Below are positions 20,653 through 27,454 of a stretch of DNA of 27,454 bases, in pieces. The notes beneath the pieces are model-generated. The model ran no database searches, was not told the DNA's origin, and saw only the letters and a program-made list of their open reading frames with translations. Origin of the DNA: Alphaproteobacteria bacterium. Its GTDB lineage: Bacteria > Pseudomonadota > Alphaproteobacteria > VGEJ01. The DNA is taken from the NCBI GenBank assembly GCA_016869335.1, contig VGEJ01000001.1, forward strand, positions 1 to 27,454, written 5' to 3'. Made by a program: the position numbers and the translations under genes. Position 1 is the first letter of the stretch. Each line of letters opens with the position of its first letter.

Positions 20653-21977
20653 GCGCGGGCAACGCGGGGACTGCGCCGGCGGGGCAGTGGCGGCGGCACG
20701 TCCCGGGCGCGCCGCAGGACACCAGCGCCGAAACTCGCGCGAAGCAAGTCGCGCGAGCGTTCGAGCCGGTCGCGCCGGGCCGGGTCGCTCTCGAACAGCT
20801 CCGGCGGATCGGCCTCCCGGTCCGGCACGAGCCCGCTGGCGCCGACCCCGATCAGCCGATAGCGCATGCCCGGTGCCTCGTCCTCGACGAGAGGCATGAG
20901 GGCCGCAAGGAGGGCGCCGGAGCGCTGCGTCGGCGTCGCCAGCGTACGGCGCCGGGTGCGCAGGCGGAAGTCGGCGGACTTCAGTTTGAGCGTCACCGTG
21001 CGCGCACCGAATTCGGCGCGTCTGAGGCGGCGCGAGAGGCGCTCGCACAGGGCCGCGAGGCGGGCGCCCAGCCCAGCCGGATCGGCGAGATCATCCTCGA
21101 ATGTCGTTTCCGCGGACATGCCCTTGGCGATTCGCTCCGGCGTGACGCTCCGTTCATCGAGCCCGCGGGAAAGGCGCCACAGCCGCCTGCCGATCACGCC
21201 ATAGCGCGCGGTGAGAGCGCTCTCGCTGAGCTCGCGCAGCGCGCCGATCGTCCGAATGCCGTCGCGCGCGAGGCGTCCATCGAGCGTTGGGCCGACACCC
21301 CACAGGAGCGCGACCGGCTTGTCGGTCAGGAACGCCAGAGCATCGGCGCGCCCGACTGCGGCAAAGCCGTCGGGCTTGCACTGGCTCGAGAGCAGCTTGG
21401 CCAGGGACTTGTTGTAGCTCAGCCCGATCGAGACGCCGATGCCGACCTCACGCTTCACATCAAGCGCCTGTCGCGCCAGGAGGCGGGCGGGGGTCGCAGT
21501 GAACAAGCGGCGCGTCCCGCCGAGATCGATGAACGCCTCATCGATCGAAAGCGGCTCGACGGCAGGCGACAGCGCTTCCATCAGGGTACGCACCGCGCGA
21601 CCCGCAGCCGCGTACTTGTCCATGTCGGGCGCGATGACCACGGCATGCGGGCACAGCTTCAGCGCCTTGAACGTCGGCGTCGCGGAACGGATGCCGTAGC
21701 CGCGCGCGAGGTAGCAGCAGGACATGACGACGCCGCGATGCCGCCCACCCACGATGACCGGTTGTTCCGCCAGCTCCGGATGGTCGCGTTTCTCGATCGC
21801 GGCGTAGAACGCATCGCAATCGATGTGGGCGATCACGAGCTGGTCGAGCTCCGGATGTTCGATGACCGGTGGTGAGCCGCAGCGAGCACACCGCCGCGCC
21901 CGCGGTGGTCCGGCCAGCGCCGGGTGGAGGCAATCGCGGCAGAGCGCGCCGGTCGCCTCGATCAGCTCTGCGTCCAC
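20649..21977 (-). CDS. dinB: DNA polymerase IV with an N-terminal Cys4 extension
   Basis: AHIDCDAFYAA, CYLARGYGIRSA, SIDEAFID (catalytic DE), NKSLAK and LWGVG; N-terminal CRDC...CARC. Confidence 0.95.
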   Translation of the reverse strand: MDAELIEATGALCRDCLHPALAGPPRARRCARCGSPPVIEHPELDQLVIAHIDCDAFYAAIEKRDHPELAEQPVIVGGRHRGVVMSCCYLARGYGIRSATPTFKALKLCPHAVVIAPDMDKYAAAGRAVRTLMEALSPAVEPLSIDEAFIDLGGTRRLFTATPARLLARQALDVKREVGIGVSIGLSYNKSLAKLLSSQCKPDGFAAVGRADALAFLTDKPVALLWGVGPTLDGRLARDGIRTIGALRELSESALTARYGVIGRRLWRLSRGLDERSVTPERIAKGMSAETTFEDDLADPAGLGARLAALCERLSRRLRRAEFGARTVTLKLKSADFRLRTRRRTLATPTQRSGALLAALMPLVEDEAPGMRYRLIGVGASGLVPDREADPPELFESDPARRDRLERSRDLLRASFGAGVLRRARDVPPPLPRRRSPRVARA

Positions 21978-22378
21978 GGCAGCTTCGCGGCCTTCCAGCC
22001 GCTGACCAGCCCGCGATGCCCCCGGCCGTCGAGGTCGCCCTCGAACCCGCCGGCGACGTTATAGCAGGCGGTGTAGCCGCGCGTGGTCATGGCGTTGGCG
22101 GCCGCGAGCGATCGGCCGCCCGTCCGACAGAGGAAGAGAAGCGGCGCATCGCGTTGAGGCGCGTTCGCCTCCACTTGGCGGCCGAACTCGGGGTTCGGCC
22201 CGGTATTGGGGAACGGGTGCCACTCGATCAGCAGCAGCTTCCGGCCGAGCGGCGCCAGATCGGGAACGCCGACGAACGTCCACTCGGCTCTCGTGCGTAC
22301 ATCGACAAGCTGCGCTGCGGGGTTCTCCGACAGCAGGCGCCACGCCTCGGGTGCGGAAAGATCGCCCTTGTACGCCAT
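21962..22378 (-). CDS. Single-domain rhodanese-like protein
   Basis: LVDVRTRAEW...GVPD, active-site loop FLCRTGGRS and YNVAGGFEG; ATG 22378 follows GGAG. Confidence 0.9.
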   Translation of the reverse strand: MAYKGDLSAPEAWRLLSENPAAQLVDVRTRAEWTFVGVPDLAPLGRKLLLIEWHPFPNTGPNPEFGRQVEANAPQRDAPLLFLCRTGGRSLAAANAMTTRGYTACYNVAGGFEGDLDGRGHRGLVSGWKAAKLPWTQS

Positions 22379-22458
22379 CGCCGGACTCCTCGCGCTTCGA
22401 AACAAGACCTTAGCGCGGAAACGCCCCTCGCCGCGAGAGCCGCCCGAGCGGGGGCCGG

Positions 22459-23256
22459 TCAGCGCCCGTGGAAACGCGGCGGCCGCCTCTCGACGAAGGC
22501 GCGCCGGCCCTCGATGTAGTCGGCGCTTTCGAAGCAAGCGCGGATGGCCGCTTCACAGGCCGCGGCATCGCGTTGATCCGGATCCTTCAGGAGCTCGCCA
22601 ATGATCCGCTTGGCCGCGGTAACCGAGAGCGGCGCGTTCGCCGCGATGCCCTCGGCGATTCCGAACACGGTGGTCGCCAAGGCGTCGGTCGATAGCACGC
22701 GGTTGACGAGGCCCATGCCGCGCGCCGCCGCGGCATCGAAGCGGGCACCCGTGAACATGATCTCCTTCGCGAACGCCGGGCCCACGAGCGCCACCAGCCG
22801 GCGCAGCCCGCTCGCAGGATAGGCTACGCCGAGGCGCGCGGCCGGGATACCGAACACCGAGTCATCTGAGCAGAACCTGAGGTCGCAGCAGACGGCGAGC
22901 GCAAGGCCGCCGCCCAGGCAATAGCCCTGTATCATCGCGATCGTCGGCTTGGCGCAGGCGGCGAGCCGGTCGAACATCCGGTTCGTCGCCGCATCGTAGT
23001 CCACGACCGCTCGGGCCGACGCGCGCTCCTCCTCGAACTTCGAGATGTCGGCCCCCGACACGAATGCTTTGCCGCCCGCCCCGCGGAGCATGATGACGCG
23101 CACGTCCGGGTCGGCTTCGAGTTCGCCGAGCAGCCGCTCGCCTGCACGCCACATGGCGAGGGAAACGGCGTTGTGACGCGCAGGGTTGTTGAACGTCAGG
23201 AGGCCGATGGCGCCCCGGCGCTCGACCAGCATTGTGTCATCGGTCACAACGGTCAT
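22459..23256 (-). CDS. Enoyl-CoA hydratase/isomerase (crotonase) family protein
   Basis: NNPARHNA, AFVSGADI, IAMIQGYCLGGG, GLVN and DYIEGRRAF. ATGA overlap with the upstream CoA-transferase. Confidence 0.92.
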   Translation of the reverse strand: MTVVTDDTMLVERRGAIGLLTFNNPARHNAVSLAMWRAGERLLGELEADPDVRVIMLRGAGGKAFVSGADISKFEEERASARAVVDYDAATNRMFDRLAACAKPTIAMIQGYCLGGGLALAVCCDLRFCSDDSVFGIPAARLGVAYPASGLRRLVALVGPAFAKEIMFTGARFDAAAARGMGLVNRVLSTDALATTVFGIAEGIAANAPLSVTAAKRIIGELLKDPDQRDAAACEAAIRACFESADYIEGRRAFVERRPPRFHGR

Positions 23257-24437
23257 GTGTCGGCGGTGGCGCCGAGCGCCGCGATTTCGTCCGGGCTGAA
23301 GCCGAACTCGGCGAGCACCTCGGCTGTGCCCACGCCGCGCTCTGGGGCAGCGGTCGCGACGCGGCTGGGGGTGCGGTTGAGGCTGACACCCTGACCTACG
23401 AGCCGCAGGGGGCCGAGCGCCGGCGACACCACCGATTGCGCGATTCCAAGGTGCACCACGTGGGGGTCGGCGAACACCTCGTCGATCCGGTAGATCGGTC
23501 CGCTCGGCACGCCGGCGTCGTTGAGTCGCGTGATCCAGGTGGCGGAATCCCGCATCGCCAGAAGCCTCTCGATTTCGCCGTGAAGCGCGGCGCGGTGGCG
23601 CAAGCGCTGCGCACCGGTCGCGAACTCAATGCGATCGGCGAGATCCGGGGCGCCGAGCGCCAAGCACAGGCGGCGCCAGATGGCATCGCCCGAGACGGCG
23701 ATGTTGATGTGGCCATCGCGCGTGGCGAATACGCCCATCGGGCTCCGCGTCGGGTGATCGTTGCCCGCCGGTTCCGGCACGACCCGATCGATCAGCCAGC
23801 GTGCCGCCTGGAAGTCGAGCATGAAAATCTGCGCCTCGAGCAGGGATGTCTGTACCCACTGGCCGGCGCCGGAGCGCTCGCGCTCCAGGAGGGCCACCAG
23901 AATGCCGTTGGCGCAGAGCAACCCCGCCGACAGATCGCAGACCGGAATGCCGACGCGCAGGGGCCCCTGACCGGGATAGCCGGTGATCGACATCAAACCG
24001 CCCATGCCCTGCGCGATCTGATCGAAGCCTGGCCGCTGGGCATACGGCCCGGTTTGGCCGAAGCCCGAGATGCTGGCGTAGATGAGCCGAGGGTTGCGCT
24101 GCCGTAGGGTCGCGTCGTCGATCCCGAGCAGGGACTTCACCGCCGGACGAAAGTTCTCGATCACCACGTCCGCCTGGTCGGCCAGCCGCAAGAATGCCTG
24201 GCGGCCGGCGGGCGTCTTGAGATCAAGCACGACGGAGCGCTTGTTGCGGTGGAGATTCTGGAAGTCCGAGTCGTGGCGTTCGGTGCCATCGGGATCGCCC
24301 GCCGCCTCGGGTGTTTCGATCTTGATGACTTTAGCACCCCAATCGGCGAGCTGGCGCGCGGCGGTGGGCCCCGCGCGGGCGCGCGTCAGGTCGAGCACGG
24401 TGATGCCGTTCAGCGCGGTGGAAGCGCAGGGTACCAT
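23253..24437 (-). CDS. CaiB/BaiF family (class III) CoA-transferase
   Basis: VLDLT, GAKVIKIE, RNKRSVVLDLK, ADVVIENFRP, SISGFGQTGP and PVCDLSAG (catalytic Asp). Confidence 0.95.
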   Translation of the reverse strand: MVPCASTALNGITVLDLTRARAGPTAARQLADWGAKVIKIETPEAAGDPDGTERHDSDFQNLHRNKRSVVLDLKTPAGRQAFLRLADQADVVIENFRPAVKSLLGIDDATLRQRNPRLIYASISGFGQTGPYAQRPGFDQIAQGMGGLMSITGYPGQGPLRVGIPVCDLSAGLLCANGILVALLERERSGAGQWVQTSLLEAQIFMLDFQAARWLIDRVVPEPAGNDHPTRSPMGVFATRDGHINIAVSGDAIWRRLCLALGAPDLADRIEFATGAQRLRHRAALHGEIERLLAMRDSATWITRLNDAGVPSGPIYRIDEVFADPHVVHLGIAQSVVSPALGPLRLVGQGVSLNRTPSRVATAAPERGVGTAEVLAEFGFSPDEIAALGATADT

Positions 24438-24589
24438 CGGGACTCACGGTCAAGGGCAGCGAACTGTTAGCGCCGTTCACCATATCAGAGGGCTGATCGT
24501 GGAGCGATGGCGGGACGGGGCGTGTGGAGGCCGCGCCGGTGCTGTGCGACAATGCGCGACCTGTGGACACCGGCATGGGAGCCGCGAAG

Positions 24590-24865
24590 ATGCGGGCGGT
24601 GCTGTTCGTGTTTGCGCTGGCTTCCCTGCTCGTTGCCGCCCAGCCGGCGCGCGCCGCGGACCCGGAGGACATGGCGCGCGAGGGAGTCCAGCGCCTGATG
24701 GAAGCGCTGGAGCTGTTGATCGAGCGCCTACCGCAGTACGAGCGACCCATCATCAACGAGCACGGCGACATCATCATCCGGCGCAAACGTCCTGAGCATC
24801 CGGACGATCAGCCCGACGAGCGGCCAAAGCAACCGCCACGGGGAGGCGAGCAGACACCGGCCTGA
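24590..24865 (+). CDS. Putative exported hypothetical protein, 91 aa
   Basis: Signal peptide MRAVLFVFALASLLVAAQPARA (AxA cleavage), core LPQYERPIINEHGDIIIRRK and a Pro/Gln-rich tail. Confidence 0.7.
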   Translation: MRAVLFVFALASLLVAAQPARAADPEDMAREGVQRLMEALELLIERLPQYERPIINEHGDIIIRRKRPEHPDDQPDERPKQPPRGGEQTPA

Positions 24866-24880
24866 CCCGCGCGACGCGAC

Positions 24881-25750
24881 TCAGGCAGTGCCGAAAGCGC
24901 GTTTGCGCAGTCCTTCTTGGACTTGATAGAGCGCGCCGGGCAGGCGCGGCTGCGGGATGATCGCCGGGACGGGCGCCAGTCGCGGGGCGAGCGTCGGCGC
25001 ACCGACCACAAGCCCCGAGTCGAACTCAGCAAGGTCGGTGAACTGTGTGTAGGTGCCCTGAAGCGGCCAGGCGTCGGCAGCGGCGAGCTCGTACAGCAAG
25101 AAGCGCCGGTCGGCGCCCGAGCGGTTGATGTCGGAGCCATGCACCAGCCGCACATGGTGCACCGTGAGCGAGCCCGCGGGCGCGTGCACCGGCACTGCTC
25201 GAGCCGCGTCTATGCCCGCGCGCTCGACGTCGATGCCACCGCGAAAATAGCCCTCGTGGTGGTGGTCGTAGAGCGGACCCAGGTGGCTCCCGCCGAGCAT
25301 CAGTAGGGGTCCATTGTCGGGCGTCATGTCGTCGAGAAGGAGGCCCAGCGCGAGCAGGTCGTCGTTGGTGTGCGGGTAGTAGGCCCAGTCCTGGTGCCAC
25401 TCCACCGCCGAGCCGCCACCGCCAGACTTCATGTTGATCTTGGAGTTGTGCAGTCGAACGGCCGGGCCGAGGAGCGCCGTCAACACGGCCAGAATGTCGG
25501 GGCGACGGATCAACCCATCCACTGCCGGCGATACCGTGTGCGGACGGAAGATTCGCCGCACGCGCGGTGCCTCGGGTCGGTGGGACGGTTCGAGGTCGAG
25601 CACACCGTCGCTCTCGCGCAGCCGCGCCGCACCAGACGTCAGGCGCGCCACCTCGGCGCGCAGCTCCTCGACGATGGCGTGTGACAGGAACCCCGAGAGG
25701 ATCAGATAACCATCACGCCGGTACCTGACAATCTGTTGTTGTGTAAGCAC
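24881..25750 (-). CDS. Phytanoyl-CoA dioxygenase (PhyH) family protein
   Basis: YRRDGYL, KINMK, WHQD (HxD), DNGPL, GSHLG and AGSLTVHHVRLVHGS...NRS...RR; GTG start follows GAGG. Confidence 0.92.
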   Translation of the reverse strand: MLTQQQIVRYRRDGYLILSGFLSHAIVEELRAEVARLTSGAARLRESDGVLDLEPSHRPEAPRVRRIFRPHTVSPAVDGLIRRPDILAVLTALLGPAVRLHNSKINMKSGGGGSAVEWHQDWAYYPHTNDDLLALGLLLDDMTPDNGPLLMLGGSHLGPLYDHHHEGYFRGGIDVERAGIDAARAVPVHAPAGSLTVHHVRLVHGSDINRSGADRRFLLYELAAADAWPLQGTYTQFTDLAEFDSGLVVGAPTLAPRLAPVPAIIPQPRLPGALYQVQEGLRKRAFGTA

Positions 25751-25887
25751 TTATAGCCTCATTGGAGGGGCGCCGGTGAGGGGCTGAGACGACCACGACG
25801 CTACGCTCGCAAGGCGCAGCACGCAACAGCGCGCCGCGGCAACAGCCGTCCGCCTCGCCGGCGCTTGCGGAGCCCGTAACATGGGGT

Positions 25888-25922
25888 CGCCGACGCGCTA
25901 TGATGCGCGCCGACGCGCTATG
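25888..25922. repeat. 15-bp perfect direct repeat, two copies with a 20-bp period
   Basis: CGCCGACGCGCTATG at 25888-25902 and 25908-25922. Confidence 0.9.
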
Positions 25923-25967
25923 GCATAATGCCAAGCGACAGTTGGCCCATCATGGGTGGAGGGTTTC

Positions 25968-26120
25968 ATGAACAAAACAACGGGTTGGGTGGTCGGAATT
26001 ATCGCGGTGGTCATCATCGTGCTGCTGATCATCTGGGCGGCTGGTGGGTTTGATACTGAGGCAGAGGCCCCGGCGGCAGATGCGCCGGCGGCGGAGGGCA
26101 CGACCGAAGGCACTCAGTAA
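25968..26120 (+). CDS. Small single-pass membrane protein, 50 aa (not in the ORF track)
   Basis: MNKTTGWVVGIIAVVIIVLLIIWAAGGFDTEAEAPAADAPAAEGTTEGTQ. GGAGG RBS at 25958-25962, TG-G-CATAAT extended -10 at 25921-25929 and a downstream hairpin. Confidence 0.75.
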   Translation: MNKTTGWVVGIIAVVIIVLLIIWAAGGFDTEAEAPAADAPAAEGTTEGTQ

Positions 26121-26198
26121 GTTTCGACCCGTCGGGGTTGCGCGCTCGCGGGTGACTGGGGCGCGCGGACGACGGGTGGGAGCGCATGCCCAAATGTC

Positions 26199-26230
26199 GA
26201 GGGGCCGGGGCTGACCATGCCCGGCCCCTC
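26199..26230. terminator. Probable bidirectional terminator hairpin
   Basis: 11-bp stem GAGGGGCCGGG/CCCGGCCCCTC between convergent genes. Confidence 0.6.
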
Positions 26231-26249
26231 GCTTGTTCACCGCCAGCGC

Positions 26250-26660
26250 TCAGGGGTCGAGTCGATCGAGGGTTGCGACCAGGTCGTCGAGGTGATCGAC
26301 GGAGGTGGGCGGGTTGTTGAGTACCGTCCGGTAGACGGTCTCCCCGCGCCACGATGAGATGCTGACCCAGGTTCGACCAAGGTCGGCCAGTCCGCGCTGA
26401 ATCGAGCGCACTCTGTCGCCGGTATGATCGGGGTCTCCGTGGCGGAACGCCTGGAGGTTGAGGTCCGGGCGATGCAGCGGCTCGCAGCGCGCACTCCGGT
26501 CGAGCAGCGTGTGAAAGCGCCGCGCCAAGTCGATGCCCGCAGCGATATCCTCGCCGAGTCGGCGGCTGCCGACGACCTGGAGCAGCGCCCATAGCACCAG
26601 CGCATCGCCGCGCCGCGAACCTTGCAAGCCCCAGCGGCCGCGGTGAGCTTCGCCGCTGGC
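26250..26660 (-). pseudogene. 3' fragment of a group II pyridoxal-dependent decarboxylase
   Basis: GLQGSRRGDALVLW...G...I...IDLARRF...P.LNLQAFR...G.TWVS...RTVLNNP.T matches the C-terminal part of this family. The upstream portion with the PLP Lys is missing and replaced by unrelated plus-strand coding sequence. The left junction is approximate. Confidence 0.75.
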
Positions 26661-26661
26661 C

Positions 26662-26916
26662 GATATTGAGCTCCCTGACCTGCTCACCGACCTGCAGGAC
26701 CGCACCCAGCTCACGCGCCGCACCATCCACCGCGTCCTCGTTGGCAGCGGGCGGATCGACGACTTCAAGCGCAACCCACAGCAGTTCATCGAACTGGCCG
26801 CCGAGGCGATAAGCCGCTGCAAACGCCTCGCCGTGGTAGACGGCATCAAGTACCAGCGCCTGGTCGACGAGTACTACTACGCACAGGAGCTGTTCGAGCG
26901 GGAGGAGCTGGCCGGC
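26662..26916 (+). pseudogene. Internal fragment of a Type III restriction enzyme Res subunit
   Basis: Manual translation: DIELPDLLTDLQDRTQLTRRTIHRVLVGSGRIDDFKRNPQQFIELAAEAISRCKRLAVVDGIKYQRLVDEYYYAQELFEREELAG. An in-frame stop lies at 26644-26646 and there is no start codon before the fragment. Confidence 0.75.
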
Positions 26917-27454
26917 ATCCTGTGGCGCGAGCGACGGCTGCGGCTGGCCGAGGCCGCCGCCTACCGGCGCGGGTTGGCGGCTGCGCTCAAGGACCGCAAG
27001 ACGGCAAGGGACGCGCTGGCCCATGGCGGGGGCGCTGATCGGCATGAGCCCGTAGCGCGCGCCGTCCGGGCGACAGCCAGCGACACGGCCGAGGCTCTCG
27101 CCGACCTGGAGGCTGAAGAGGCCGTGATGCGCAGTGCCCTAAACCTGCTCGCCACCGGACGCAGCGACGCCTACGAGGCGGCGCTCGCCGCCCTGCCCGG
27201 CGATACCCGGCGCGCGTGGGAGTGCATGCTCGTCCGCGATCCAGGCGATTTCGAGGAGCCCGCCTTCGCGGATGAAGAGGACTACGAAGCCGAGGAGGAT
27301 GAGTACGACGACTTGGACGAGGGAGGGGCGGGCGACGGCGGTGCCTACACACCCGACGCCGCGGGGCTGCGCCGCTTCCTCGAGGGCCGGGCCCTGCCGC
27401 GGTACACCGGGCGCCGGCACCGGCTGGCCAACCGGCCGCTGATCCGCGAGCAGG
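26902..27454 (+). CDS. Partial hypothetical protein of a family recalled from alphaproteobacterial integrative/phage-like elements; in frame with the Res fragment and running off the window
   Basis: EELAGILWRERRLRLAEAAAYRRGL...DAYEAALAALPGDT...GLRRFLEG...LANRPLIREQ; no stop codon from 26647 to the window end. Confidence 0.6.

Noticed and set aside
24463-24480. GAAC-N10-GTTC upstream of the CoA-transferase as an SOS box for the run ending in dinB
   Set aside because: The spacing and orientation match neither the alphaproteobacterial (GTTC-N7-GTTC) nor the Gram-positive (GAAC-N4-GTTC) LexA consensus.
26661-26849. N-terminal 63 aa of track ORF 26250-26849 as a real decarboxylase N-terminus
   Set aside because: It does not resemble the family, has no PLP-Lys motif, and is the reverse complement of the Res fragment.
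19329-27454. Genomic island integrated at tRNA-Val (or tRNA-Leu)
   Set aside because: I saw no integrase and no duplicate of either tRNA 3' end downstream. The genes after yhfX look like ordinary chromosomal genes.
26662-27454. Functional Type III restriction-modification system
   Set aside because: Only ~85 internal Res codons are present, with no start codon, helicase motifs, nuclease motif or mod gene in the window.

Overview
High-GC bacterial chromosome segment, probably alphaproteobacterial (Rhodospirillales-like, inferred from the tRNA-Leu-tig-clpP-clpX-lon-hupB-tRNA-Val synteny and a DinB with an N-terminal Cys4 extension). The centre (12.5-19.4 kb) is a conserved protein quality-control block. 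The flanks carry accessory metabolic genes: amidohydrolase, SDR, amidase, Nnr, malonyl-CoA decarboxylase, a divergent methyltransferase/2OG-Fe(II) dioxygenase pair, an LLM monooxygenase, a stand-alone E1/transketolase-like enzyme, a YhfX-family PLP enzyme, DinB, rhodanese, a crotonase plus CoA-transferase and PhyH. No CRISPR array, intact mobile element or complete defence system is visible, and I cannot support a wholly new system from this sequence alone. The most unusual region is the right end (26.25-27.45 kb), a three-part mosaic missed by the ORF track. It consists of the 3' half of a group II PLP decarboxylase, an internal fragment of a Type III restriction enzyme (Res), and an in-frame fusion of that fragment, at an apparent E-E-L-x-G microhomology, to a protein typical of integrative elements. 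Other points of interest are an SDR gene collapsed by a large internal deletion, small unannotated proteins (a lipoprotein and a single-pass membrane protein) and a 15-bp tandem repeat in a divergent promoter region. All family assignments come from motif recognition, not database searches.
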